DNA from: a virus | Taxonomy: Duplodnaviria; Caudoviricetes | Virus record (IMG/VR): IMGVR_UViG_3300029928_000003 | Reading direction: 5' to 3' (one strand) | Length of the DNA stretch: 64,000 nucleotides | In this document: one piece after another, positions 27,989 through 37,609 of the stretch | Layout: every line of letters begins with the position of its first letter | Numbering within the stretch: the first letter of the stretch is position 1 | Translations under genes and position numbers: made by a program | Notes under the pieces: model-generated | The model's input: only the letters and a program-made list of their open reading frames with translations | What the model was told of the DNA's origin: nothing | Database searches by the model: none

Positions 27989-28994
27989 ACCATTGTTAGA
28001 TACTCTGAGATTAGAAAAAATTTCAGATGAAACCTATTTCTCAAAAAAGTATTCTAATTATATTTCTAATTCAAGGTTAGGACTTATTAATCCTAAACAA
28101 GGAGGAAGTCCTGAGAAATTCTTTGCTGGATTTAAACCAATATATAGTAGTTCATTAGATTTAGGTAGTACAGTTCATGAGATGAGCTTACAAAGTGAAT
28201 TATTTGAAATTTGTAAAACAGTTGATAAACCAACTGCTAAAGTAGGAGTTATTGCAGATAAAATATATAATATCTTTAAAGGTAAGCTTCCTAATAAAGA
28301 AGATATATGTAAAGTTGCTGCAGAAATTGATTATTATCATGGGCTTCTTTCTGAAAAACAAATCGAAACTGTATTTACAAAATGTAAACCTTATTGGGCT
28401 GATAGAAAGTTATTTGAAGACTCTTATACTGGAAATAAGGAGTTAATCTACTTAGATCCAAGAACTCGGGAGATAGCTTGTAATTGTATCATAGCACTAA
28501 AAAAGAATCAATATATACAAAATTTATTATATCCAAAAGGTCTTATAGAAAATCCAATTTCTGAAAATGAACAGGCAATTCTATTAGATGTTGAAATAGA
28601 TGATAAATTCATATTAAAGATTAAAGCAAAACTTGATAATTATACTATAGATAAAGAAACTAATACTATAGTAGTTAATGATATTAAAACATTAGGAAGA
28701 ATTGTATCAGACTTCTCAATTAATGTAGATAAATATCGTTATAATAGGGAACTTAGTTTATATTCTTGGTTATTAAGTTTATGTGCAAATAAATTCTATG
28801 ATATGAAAGATCCTATTATTAAAGGAAATTATTTAGTAGTATCTACAATACCTCAATATTATACTAAGATAGTTCCTATGACTAAATCTATGTATAATGA
28901 AGGATGGAAAGAATTTGTGTATCTTCTTAAATTAGTTGCTAAATCTGTAGAAACTGATTATAAAGATTTTGGAATATGGATTTCAAAGAAATGA
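27978..28994 (+). CDS. PD-(D/E)xK exonuclease (RecE/ExoVIII-like)
   Basis: ISNSRL, LGSTVHE, KAKLD, NDIKT, Y.R.L.LY. Confidence 0.82.
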   Translation: MKIKPLLDTLRLEKISDETYFSKKYSNYISNSRLGLINPKQGGSPEKFFAGFKPIYSSSLDLGSTVHEMSLQSELFEICKTVDKPTAKVGVIADKIYNIFKGKLPNKEDICKVAAEIDYYHGLLSEKQIETVFTKCKPYWADRKLFEDSYTGNKELIYLDPRTREIACNCIIALKKNQYIQNLLYPKGLIENPISENEQAILLDVEIDDKFILKIKAKLDNYTIDKETNTIVVNDIKTLGRIVSDFSINVDKYRYNRELSLYSWLLSLCANKFYDMKDPIIKGNYLVVSTIPQYYTKIVPMTKSMYNEGWKEFVYLLKLVAKSVETDYKDFGIWISKK

Positions 28995-29296
28995 AAGAGA
29001 ATTATAAAATATATTCTCTAGGTTATTTAAATACTGATATTAATAATAAGTTTGCTCTAATTTCATTAATTGATTACTTAGTAATGCGATTAAAAGAAAA
29101 GAAACCAGATGTAACTTATTATCAAGTAATATATAAGATAGCTGGAGCTTCATACCCAGAAGACTTTATAAAAGCATTAGCTATAGTATGTGAAGATTTT
29201 GCATACGGATGTAAAGAATTTCCAACATTTGGAATTGCTCCTAAAGAAGTGCCTAAGAAAATAAAAGAAATGTTAGATACTTATATACCTTTTTAA
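28976..29296 (+). CDS. hypothetical protein
   Basis: 106-aa ORF. Confidence 0.7.
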   Translation: MDFKEMKENYKIYSLGYLNTDINNKFALISLIDYLVMRLKEKKPDVTYYQVIYKIAGASYPEDFIKALAIVCEDFAYGCKEFPTFGIAPKEVPKKIKEMLDTYIPF

Positions 29297-29524
29297 AAAT
29301 TAACTTATTTCCTATTCAAAATATTTATTATAATTATAGGTATATAAATGTACTAGATATTTTTAATATTTTATAGATGATTCATTTGGAAAATGCAAAA
29401 GTTATTACTAACATTGCATTACAAAATGAAAAGAAATCTAAAATAAATAAGCATTTTTATTTGGATAATAGATATAAAATGGTATATTTACCTACATCAA
29501 AATGTTGATGTATAATATGAATTA

Positions 29525-30100
29525 ATGACTTATAAAAAATTTAAAACAATGGTACAGACAATGAATTTTAAGAAACTGGAAGTAATGGGTGCAACTAAGG
29601 AAGAAGCAATGGCTAAAGTACCCTTTGCAATATTTAGTGATGCAACACAAGCTTTTAAGCGTTGGAAAGAGAAGCAACATGACGGTTATACTGAGACTGA
29701 TGTAAAGCAATTTATGCTTGATCAGCTGGCTCTTAAGACTAAGAATATGCCTGGTTTTGGTCTTTCTATTACTTTGGAATCAGCTGTTGTTGATAGTCGT
29801 ATGCGTCCTTATACTATTACTGACAATCAAAATAAAAACAGTAAGCATCGTTATAAAATGACTTATCAGATTCTTGATAAGAATACTCATCAGATTCTTA
29901 CGGAAACTAATGAGACTAAAGCTAAGGCTAAGGAACTTATGAAGGATCTTTATACTAATAAGGGTTATAAAGGTGATGCTGTGTGCGTCTTCACGAAGCA
30001 GGTTGTTGAGGGTGAGAAAGTTGCATTTGATGCTACTTATACTCCTTCTAAGAACGCTTGTCCTGGTAAGTATCTTGTATTCGGAATCGAGAAAGACTAA
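29525..30100 (+). CDS. hypothetical protein, probably highly expressed
   Basis: Promoter-like TTTG...TATATTTA upstream, distinct codon bias, terminator downstream. Confidence 0.8.
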   Translation: MTYKKFKTMVQTMNFKKLEVMGATKEEAMAKVPFAIFSDATQAFKRWKEKQHDGYTETDVKQFMLDQLALKTKNMPGFGLSITLESAVVDSRMRPYTITDNQNKNSKHRYKMTYQILDKNTHQILTETNETKAKAKELMKDLYTNKGYKGDAVCVFTKQVVEGEKVAFDATYTPSKNACPGKYLVFGIEKD

Positions 30101-30125
30101 TAATTTATAATTGTCCATAATCTTT

Positions 30126-30163
30126 AAATGGGGGTAACTTAGAAATAAGTTATCTCCATTTTT
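30126..30163 (+). terminator. Rho-independent terminator
   Basis: Long hairpin with GAAA loop followed by T tract. Confidence 0.8.
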
Positions 30164-30198
30164 ATTTTATAAACGTAACTGTATTAAAACCCGAAAGG

Positions 30199-31713
30199 AT
30201 GAAATCTGAAACTATCAATAAATTAATTAAACATTTAAAAGCAATTAAAGAAGCTGGAATTACAATTGAACAATATGAAAAAATAAATAATTTAAATTCC
30301 CGTTTTATTATAAATAAAATATATAGTGTTAAAGTAGCTCATGAAGATGAAGCAATATCTGATGATACTTTTAATACTGTAATGAATTTATATGAATCCG
30401 TTAAACAACGGAAGTCTAGAAATTCTGATATTGAAGACACTGATAATCGTTCTGAAGTAACTTTAGATAGAGATGAAAATGGTAAGATAATTCAATATAA
30501 TTTTAGTGTTAATATAAGAGATAAAGCTCCACTTACTGGACATTTTACTAGAGACGAAATGAGTCTTATTTATAGACTTTATTCTAGTTATGGCAGTAAT
30601 ATTACACAGAGAGAAGTATCCAGATTCTTTCCAGAATATTCTCTTTGTGATTTTAAAAGGATACTAAGAACCTTTAATATTACTAAAGCATCTGCGCCAT
30701 TTCCGCAACATATTATAGAAGAGAATGATAAAGCAACTCTCTTAGATATGCAATTTAGAGAGAAAGAAAATGATTTTCTTAAATCTTATGAAGCTGATAA
30801 AGTTAGACAAATGGATCAGCAACTTAAGAAATATATGAAAGAGAATTATGATTTAAAGAATCAAATTCAATCATTTTCTAATATTAATCTAAATCTTACA
30901 GGTGGGGTATCCGTAACACCTAAGCCAAGTAATTCTAAGAAAGATTTATTTATTTATCTTTCTGATATGCACATTGGAGCAAGTGTAGGAGAAAATTCTC
31001 TTTATAATAATACTTATGATGCTAAAGAAGTTCAGAATAGATTAAATAAAATATATAATACTGTATATAATGCCGATGGTTATGATTCTATAATTGTATG
31101 TAATATAGGAGATTCATTAGATGGGGAATATAATCAAACTACCAGAGGAGGACATTATCTTCCTCAAAATATGGATGAAAAGCAACAAATTAAATGTTTC
31201 TTAGAATCTATGTATGGGTTCTTCACTAATTTATCTACTATACCTCATAATGAAATTAAATATTATGCTGTAGGAGAATCTAATCATGGTGGAGTATATG
31301 AATATGCAAGTCAAATCGCACTAAGTAAAGTATTAGATACAATTAATGTTAAAAGTACAGTATGGGATAAGTTTATAGGTCATTTTATACATAAGGGGCA
31401 TACCTATATATGCTCTCATGGAAAAGATAATAAAGATATGTTTAAAAATTGGCCTCTTACTCTCAACGATAAAACTGAAGGTATTATCAACGAATATATG
31501 GATATAAATAATATTTCAACAGCTACTGTAATTAAAGGAGATTTACATCAATCTGCAATTACCTATGGTAAAAGATTTACTTATCGGTCTGTAGGTTCTA
31601 TGTTTGGAAGTAGTGGTTGGATTATGAAGAATTTTGGTAATACTCATGCTGCTTGTGATTATTCAATTGTTGATGAAAATCAATCATTAGATGGGCGTAT
31701 AATACTTAATTAG
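30199..31713 (+). CDS. calcineurin-like metallophosphoesterase with N-terminal extension
   Basis: SDMHIG, GDSLDG, SNHG, SHG, GDLH; extends to 31734 if TAG=Gln. Confidence 0.85.
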   Translation: MKSETINKLIKHLKAIKEAGITIEQYEKINNLNSRFIINKIYSVKVAHEDEAISDDTFNTVMNLYESVKQRKSRNSDIEDTDNRSEVTLDRDENGKIIQYNFSVNIRDKAPLTGHFTRDEMSLIYRLYSSYGSNITQREVSRFFPEYSLCDFKRILRTFNITKASAPFPQHIIEENDKATLLDMQFREKENDFLKSYEADKVRQMDQQLKKYMKENYDLKNQIQSFSNINLNLTGGVSVTPKPSNSKKDLFIYLSDMHIGASVGENSLYNNTYDAKEVQNRLNKIYNTVYNADGYDSIIVCNIGDSLDGEYNQTTRGGHYLPQNMDEKQQIKCFLESMYGFFTNLSTIPHNEIKYYAVGESNHGGVYEYASQIALSKVLDTINVKSTVWDKFIGHFIHKGHTYICSHGKDNKDMFKNWPLTLNDKTEGIINEYMDINNISTATVIKGDLHQSAITYGKRFTYRSVGSMFGSSGWIMKNFGNTHAACDYSIVDENQSLDGRIILN

Positions 31714-31777
31714 TTGTAGAATTAGATAAATTAAAATAAAATTTAAGTAAGTTTAATATAATAATAATAAAAGAACA

Positions 31778-31939
31778 ATGAGAAAGTCTGATTATCAATT
31801 TGGTAAATACAAACCAAGAAAAAATTCAGTTAAGGTTACTTATAAAGGTACAGAGTATCTTTCTAAAGCACAATGTATGGCATTAGAAGGAATTACAAGA
31901 AAGCAGTTAGATGAATATCTTATTCTTAATAAACAATAA
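31778..31939 (+). CDS. 53-aa basic protein (NUMOD1/HTH-like)
   Basis: VTYKGTEYLSKAQCMALEGITRKQL; below the track cutoff. Confidence 0.55.
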   Translation: MRKSDYQFGKYKPRKNSVKVTYKGTEYLSKAQCMALEGITRKQLDEYLILNKQ

Positions 31940-31946
31940 TAAAATT

Positions 31947-32711
31947 ATGGAATTAAATCTTGAACAAGTACTTGCAGGAAAAGACACTCAAATTAAAGGT
32001 AAATCGTATTTTAATACCGATGCTTATGTATCTCCTTTTATAGAGAAGATGTCTAAGTATACTGATAACTTTATTTATAATGGTATAATGCCAGATCAAA
32101 TGACTTTGTCTGAAGGCAATACAGATGTTACATGGAACCGAATGTGGATTCAAGCAGTAATGCCAGATGAAAATGGATTTGATAATCATAGCCGTGTAGT
32201 AGGAATGGTATATGGACTTGATATTCGTAAACCAGTAGTTAAATTTTATGTAGGAGGTCTTAATATGGCATGTTGTAATCTTTGCGTATTTTCTCCTTCA
32301 TTCTTAGATGTACAAGAACTTGAACCAGACTCAGCTATAAATTATAAACCAGTTGATAGGCTTCTTGAACAGGTAGATAACGTTAGGGTTACTCTAGAAA
32401 AATTACGTAATACTACAGTTGATTATAATGAAGTTCTTATTAATGAGAATCTTGGAGATTGGGTTCGTAAAACTTTAAATAGTACTTATTCTAATCAATA
32501 TTCTAAAGTAAAGCTTGCAACATCTACTGCGATTGATGCTTATAAACTACTTTATGAAAATGAAGATTCTCCTTATTATGTACCTAAAGATACAAGTACT
32601 GATATGTTTAATATCTATAATGCTTGGACTCAAGTAATTACTAATGATAAGAGAGATATTATAAATAAAGCTGAAAAAACTTTGTTAATTGGTAATATTC
32701 TAGGAATTTAA
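31947..32711 (+). CDS. DUF932/DUF945-like protein
   Basis: G.....C.N motif and FNIYNAWTQ; start moved to MELNLEQ. Confidence 0.65.
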   Translation: MELNLEQVLAGKDTQIKGKSYFNTDAYVSPFIEKMSKYTDNFIYNGIMPDQMTLSEGNTDVTWNRMWIQAVMPDENGFDNHSRVVGMVYGLDIRKPVVKFYVGGLNMACCNLCVFSPSFLDVQELEPDSAINYKPVDRLLEQVDNVRVTLEKLRNTTVDYNEVLINENLGDWVRKTLNSTYSNQYSKVKLATSTAIDAYKLLYENEDSPYYVPKDTSTDMFNIYNAWTQVITNDKRDIINKAEKTLLIGNILGI

Positions 32712-32916
32712 ACATGTGGATATTTAAAGTAATATTAATTTTATATGCTCTAATTTATATTTTACTTGGAATCATTGTTAAATATAATATAGGTAATTCT
32801 CAATATATATTAAAAGAATATATTTCTAATGATAATTATATTAGCAATAATTTACCTATTAATTACATTAATAATGGTTTCTTTTTATTAATAATTATTT
32901 GGTTAGCATTATTTAG

Positions 32917-33120
32917 TTGAATATGGAACTAGCTATAATGGACTTTTCAAATGGTACTTTACATATTTATCCAGTACCTAAATTAAATATGGAAGAATCT
33001 GAAATATTAGACTATATAGAAGATCTGGGATTTAAATTAAGTCAGGTAGATTGGATGCTTGCATCTCATAAAATTGATGTATTTGATTATGGAGTTAGCG
33101 ATCGTATACAACAGCGATAA
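32917..33120 (+). CDS. small protein, paralog of 12980 and 44994 genes
   Basis: LAIMDFSNGTLHIY...IEDLGFK. Confidence 0.7.
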   Translation: MNMELAIMDFSNGTLHIYPVPKLNMEESEILDYIEDLGFKLSQVDWMLASHKIDVFDYGVSDRIQQR

Positions 33121-33367
33121 GCATAAAGACTTTTATAATTCTTTAATAAATTATTTATTACAAAATAATATTAAGTATAGTAGCTTTGATGCTAAATATA
33201 CTAAAGAAAGAAAGAAAAGTTATAGAGTTAAAGGAGCATTTAGTGCTAGATTAGACCCCTTTGTGGGAATATATGAAAATAATAATCCTATAAAAGGATT
33301 TTATTCAGAAGCTAATGAATGTACTTTAGATAATATTATAAACTATATTAAAACTGATAATGTATGA
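33089..33367 (+). CDS. hypothetical protein (possible thioredoxin-like fold without CxxC)
   Basis: ARLDPFVGIY...KGFYSE. Confidence 0.6.
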   Translation: MELAIVYNSDKHKDFYNSLINYLLQNNIKYSSFDAKYTKERKKSYRVKGAFSARLDPFVGIYENNNPIKGFYSEANECTLDNIINYIKTDNV

Positions 33368-33873
33368 GAGTAAATGTAATTAATAATTCTGAAAATCCAC
33401 TTCCTAAATATGAATCTGAATATGCCGCAGGCTTAGATTTACGTGCTTCTTTTAAATATATTACTCCTGAGAATCCATTAAAGCTTTACGGAGAAGGAGA
33501 AATTGTATTTGCTGGAGAACATCACGCTAAGACTATGTTACGGCTTGAACCTGGAAGTAGAGCAATTATTCCTACTGATATGTTCGTGTCTATCCCAAGC
33601 GGACATTTTGCAGCAATATATCCAAGAAGTGGTCTTAGTATTAAAAAAGGTTTGGGTTTATGTAACTCTGTTGGGGTTATAGATGCAGATTATAGGGGAA
33701 ATATCGGTATTCCTGTAATTAATAATGGTTTAGAAACTATTTGGATAGAAGATGGTGAACGTATTGCTCAACTTATTCTTCAACCATATATTACAGTAGA
33801 TTGGAATCAAGTAACTAGTCTTGATGAAACTAAAAGAGGAGAAGGCGGTTTTAATTCAACAGGAACAAAATGA
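33364..33873 (+). CDS. dut: dUTPase (trimeric)
   Basis: AGLDL, PRSGL, GVIDADYRG, GERIAQL, RGEGGFNSTG. Confidence 0.97.
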   Translation: MRVNVINNSENPLPKYESEYAAGLDLRASFKYITPENPLKLYGEGEIVFAGEHHAKTMLRLEPGSRAIIPTDMFVSIPSGHFAAIYPRSGLSIKKGLGLCNSVGVIDADYRGNIGIPVINNGLETIWIEDGERIAQLILQPYITVDWNQVTSLDETKRGEGGFNSTGTK

Positions 33874-34033
33874 CAACACAGGCACAGAATTCAATTAATC
33901 TATATAAAGGTAATAATCCTAGTAAAATTAAAATAGGATTATCTTTACAGAAACCATCAGTAGTTAAAGAACTTATGGATTATTTTAAAGTAGATAGCAA
34001 AGACAAATTAGCACTTAAATTATCACAATTATA

Positions 34034-34387
34034 ATGGGACTTGATATTAGTTTTAGAAAAGTAAAAAGAACTGATTTATCTTATTTTCGTAAGGTTAATT
34101 TTTTAGTTAAATTCTTTAATGATAAATACCCAGAATTAAAAAATTGTTATCCTATAGATATAACTAAAGAAGATTTATTTGATCTTAAAAATCGATGTGA
34201 AGAAGTATTGCACGATCATACTAAAGCAGATAAATTGCTCCCAACACAAGATGGATTTTTCTTTGGGTCTGTAGATTATGATGATGATTATTATAAAGAT
34301 GTACAAGATGTATTAAATGCTGTAGCTGATATGTTATCAATAGATTTAGCTAATAATGAAAATATAGAATTTGAAATTTGGTATTAA
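34034..34387 (+). CDS. conserved phage protein
   Basis: MGLD, YFRKVN, LLPTQDGFFFG. Confidence 0.8.
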   Translation: MGLDISFRKVKRTDLSYFRKVNFLVKFFNDKYPELKNCYPIDITKEDLFDLKNRCEEVLHDHTKADKLLPTQDGFFFGSVDYDDDYYKDVQDVLNAVADMLSIDLANNENIEFEIWY

Positions 34388-34663
34388 TTGTTTTATAAAC
34401 GATGTGTGATGATTAAACAAGATTTCATTAAAATAATCCAAAGTCAACTTGATTGGGATGATAAAATAACTAAATTAGAAAATATTCTTCAAACAGAATT
34501 ATATATGTCAGATATGTATTCTCACCCTACATTTTTATTTGAATATATTATTAAAGATAAATTTACCAAAGACGGGGAAGATATTATCTATACCTATATT
34601 TATGAAGAAGGAGAACGAGATCTAGAATATTTATGGAATAAAGTAAAAGATTATAGAAAATAA
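34388..34663 (+). CDS. hypothetical protein, paralog of 34853 gene
   Basis: K.DF.K...G.D...YE...LW pattern. Confidence 0.65.
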   Translation: MFYKRCVMIKQDFIKIIQSQLDWDDKITKLENILQTELYMSDMYSHPTFLFEYIIKDKFTKDGEDIIYTYIYEEGERDLEYLWNKVKDYRK

Positions 34664-34866
34664 TGGAATTTAATAAATTAAATTCAGTAACTGATAAACT
34701 AGGAAAATACTTTTATACTAGTAATGATGATTATATTACTGTTACTAAATGGAGTAATGGAGAAGGATATGATATAGATTTAAATGGAAAACTTGTTCAA
34801 CTTCATGAATGTGAATTAGATGCTATTAATTATTTAGTTCAAACATTACGATATGAAGAAAAGTGA
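34663..34866 (+). CDS. hypothetical protein
   Basis: VTKWSNGEGYDI. Confidence 0.7.
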   Translation: MEFNKLNSVTDKLGKYFYTSNDDYITVTKWSNGEGYDIDLNGKLVQLHECELDAINYLVQTLRYEEK

Positions 34867-35164
34867 TTTTTGTAAAGTAGCTACAACAATATTAACAATA
34901 GAAGATTTCTTTGATAAATCTTTTAAGTTAAATATAGATTTAATATCTTCTCCGGTTTCAGACTATTATGTTATTTCAAGTATCTTATTTGAAACTAATT
35001 ACGGTATTAAAGGTAAAGAATTCCTTGATTGGTGGTTTTATGAAAGAGATACAAACAAATCCACAAAAGAACAATTATGGGATGAAAATGGAGATCCTAT
35101 AGATGTAGACTCTATTTTATCTTTATATCAATATATGGAAGATAATTATAGAAATAATTGTTAA
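34853..35164 (+). CDS. hypothetical protein
   Basis: 103 aa; GKEFLDWWFYE. Confidence 0.7.
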   Translation: MKKSDFCKVATTILTIEDFFDKSFKLNIDLISSPVSDYYVISSILFETNYGIKGKEFLDWWFYERDTNKSTKEQLWDENGDPIDVDSILSLYQYMEDNYRNNC

Positions 35165-35189
35165 ATTAAATAATTTATAGTATATTTGA

Positions 35190-35499
35190 CTTTGACGTAG
35201 TGCTTCTTTGCAGATCAGTTCTAGCACATAATAAACATTAGAACCGTGCGTGTATTCGCTTGTCAAAGCTAACTGCCCTAGGAATCCCGCTCTGTCTTTG
35301 GCCCTGACAACGGGTGCTGGTACAAATCGGGGCGTGCCCAGCATCACAGTGTGTATACATTGGTTAGTAGCGACGACTCCTTAGTGAAAGTCTCAGACTT
35401 TTAACGAAAATAGTACCTAAGAAGGGGAAGGAGTTCAAGTTGGCATATATCAATAGAGTAAAAATTGATATTACCAGCATAGGGGGCCCTATATACTAT
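35190..35499 (+). ncRNA. unidentified ~310-nt structured RNA
   Basis: GC-rich intergenic block between TATATTTG (35181) and a terminator; many nested stems. Confidence 0.7.
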
Positions 35500-35508
35500 T
35501 GTTAATTC

Positions 35509-35548
35509 AGATAAGTCCTAAGTATTTTCTTAGGACTTATCTTTTTTT
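35509..35548 (+). terminator. Rho-independent terminator
   Basis: AGATAAGTCCTAAG/CTTAGGACTTATCT followed by T tract. Confidence 0.85.
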
Positions 35549-35556
35549 ATCTATTT

Positions 35557-36771
35557 ATGATTGAATATTTATTAGGAAAAAGTTCTGCTGGTAAATTTAG
35601 ATTTGCCGTTATTGAATGTAACGAACAATGGAGTGAACCCGATAAAGGCTATGTTATTCAACGTAGTTATGGGCAAGTAGGCGGTAAAACAACTTTATCT
35701 CCTAAGATTATTGTAGATAGAACTAAACAGAAAAGAAATTGGAAAGAACAATATACTTTACAATTTAATTCGGAATTGAAGAAATTTCTAGATAAGGGTT
35801 ATATCAAAGTATCTAAGCACCCTAATGAGTATACAAATGAAGAACTTAATTCTATCTTCGGTGAAGTTAAAACTAATCAATATGGAGTAATTAAACCTAT
35901 GTTAGCTAAGCAAGCCGATAAAGTTACTAATAAAAAGATATTTGATAATGTTTGGATAGCTTCAAAAAAATTAGATGGCGTAAGATGCCTTATGTACTAT
36001 AAAGATGGAGAAATACTTACTGCTTCTAGAGGTGGAGAAACATATCAACCATCTACAGTACATATTCGTAGTGATGAACGATTATTAAATTACTTTATAA
36101 ATAATCCAACTCATATTCTAGATGGAGAATTATTTAGAAGATTTAAAAGTCTTCAGCAAATTAGTGGTGCAGCTAGATTAGAGAAAAATGCTTATGATTG
36201 TGAATGGCTTCAATACTGGATATACGATGTATATGATACTTCTAATCCTGATTGGAAAGCTGGAGATAGAATAAAACATCTTCTTAATAGTTCAATTACT
36301 TATAATATTCCATTATATGCAGATACTTCCATGGATGAAGAAGATAGTAATATATTTATATTAATGCAAGAACCTATTTCAGGTTGGGATAATATAGATA
36401 AATTACATGATCAATTTGTAAATGAAGGATTTGAAGGAGTAGTAATTAGAAATCCAGATAAACCTTACAAACCAGGAGGTCGTACAAATGATATGATTAA
36501 AGTAAAGAAATATAAATCTGAAGATTTTAAAGTAATAGGATATAAACTAGGTCTTAGAGGTTCTGAAGATATGACTTTTACTTGTGAATTAGAAGATGGT
36601 AGAACATTTGAAGCAATGCCTTGTGGAACAAGAGAACAGAAAGTAGAATATGTTGAGAACTTTGATTCTAAATATAAAGGACATAAAGCAGAATGTACTT
36701 TCTTTAATTATTCAGATGATGGAATTCCTACTCAACCTAAATTAAGAATCTTTAGATTTGATTTAGAATAA
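35557..36771 (+). CDS. ATP-dependent DNA ligase with N-terminal WGR-like domain
   Basis: KLDGVR, LDGEL, FEGVVIR, KVK. Confidence 0.93.
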   Translation: MIEYLLGKSSAGKFRFAVIECNEQWSEPDKGYVIQRSYGQVGGKTTLSPKIIVDRTKQKRNWKEQYTLQFNSELKKFLDKGYIKVSKHPNEYTNEELNSIFGEVKTNQYGVIKPMLAKQADKVTNKKIFDNVWIASKKLDGVRCLMYYKDGEILTASRGGETYQPSTVHIRSDERLLNYFINNPTHILDGELFRRFKSLQQISGAARLEKNAYDCEWLQYWIYDVYDTSNPDWKAGDRIKHLLNSSITYNIPLYADTSMDEEDSNIFILMQEPISGWDNIDKLHDQFVNEGFEGVVIRNPDKPYKPGGRTNDMIKVKKYKSEDFKVIGYKLGLRGSEDMTFTCELEDGRTFEAMPCGTREQKVEYVENFDSKYKGHKAECTFFNYSDDGIPTQPKLRIFRFDLE

Positions 36772-36772
36772 T

Positions 36773-37609
36773 ATGAGTAAATTTGATATCAAACAAATAA
36801 TAACAGACCGTAGTGATGCATCTTTAAAATTTTATTTTCGGGATGTATCTAAAGAAAAGAGAATTACTCAAGAAGAAGAGATAGAATTAGCTAAGAAAAT
36901 AAAGAAAGGAGATCATAATGCTCTAAATAAATTAGTTACTGCTAATTTAAGATTTGTAATCTCCGTTGCTAAACAGTATCAAGGTAAGGGTTTAAGTCTT
37001 GTAGATCTTATTCAAGAGGGTAACTTAGGATTACTTACTGCAGCTCAATCTTTTGATGAAACTAGAGGATATAAATTTATTTCCTATGCAGTATGGTGGA
37101 TAAGACAATATATTACTAAGGCTTTATCCAATCAATGTAGAACTGTCAGACTTCCAATGAACCAAGTATTATGTATAGCAAAATATAATAAGGTAAGTTC
37201 TAAATTTGAACAAGAAAATGGTAGAAAGCCTTCTTTATCTGAATTAGAAGAAATTTCAGATTTACAATCTGATAAAGTATCAGAAGCATTAACGTATAAC
37301 CCAAGTTTTTCTTCTTTGTCTTCTCCTATTAATGAAAATGATAAAGGATGTTTACTTGATATTATCCCAAATACTAATGCAGATATATCTATAGAAATTG
37401 GAAGTAAAATAGATCAAGTATTACATCAATTACCTTATAGAGAACAGGATGTACTTAGATTATATTATGGTATAGGAGTTTCTCCTATGCAAGATACAGT
37501 AATAGCCGATTTATTTGATATAAGTACTGAAAGAGTGCGACAAATAAAAGCGAGAGCTATTAAAATAATACAAGCTAAATACACTAATTTTCTTAGAGAT
37601 TTACTATGA
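36773..37609 (+). CDS. RpoD-like sigma-70 factor
   Basis: ANLRFVISVAKQY, DLIQEGNLGL, KFISYAVWWIRQ, STERVRQI. Confidence 0.95.
   Translation: MSKFDIKQIITDRSDASLKFYFRDVSKEKRITQEEEIELAKKIKKGDHNALNKLVTANLRFVISVAKQYQGKGLSLVDLIQEGNLGLLTAAQSFDETRGYKFISYAVWWIRQYITKALSNQCRTVRLPMNQVLCIAKYNKVSSKFEQENGRKPSLSELEEISDLQSDKVSEALTYNPSFSSLSSPINENDKGCLLDIIPNTNADISIEIGSKIDQVLHQLPYREQDVLRLYYGIGVSPMQDTVIADLFDISTERVRQIKARAIKIIQAKYTNFLRDLL

Noticed and set aside
35123-35347. Minus-strand 74-aa ORF
   Set aside because: Antisense to all neighbours, atypical composition, better explained as a shadow of the GC-rich structured RNA
35190-35499. tmRNA, RNase P or group I intron identity for the structured RNA
   Set aside because: No T-loop/acceptor ends, no GAGGAAAGUCC-type P4, no P7 GACUA/UAGUC pair, and no interrupted gene
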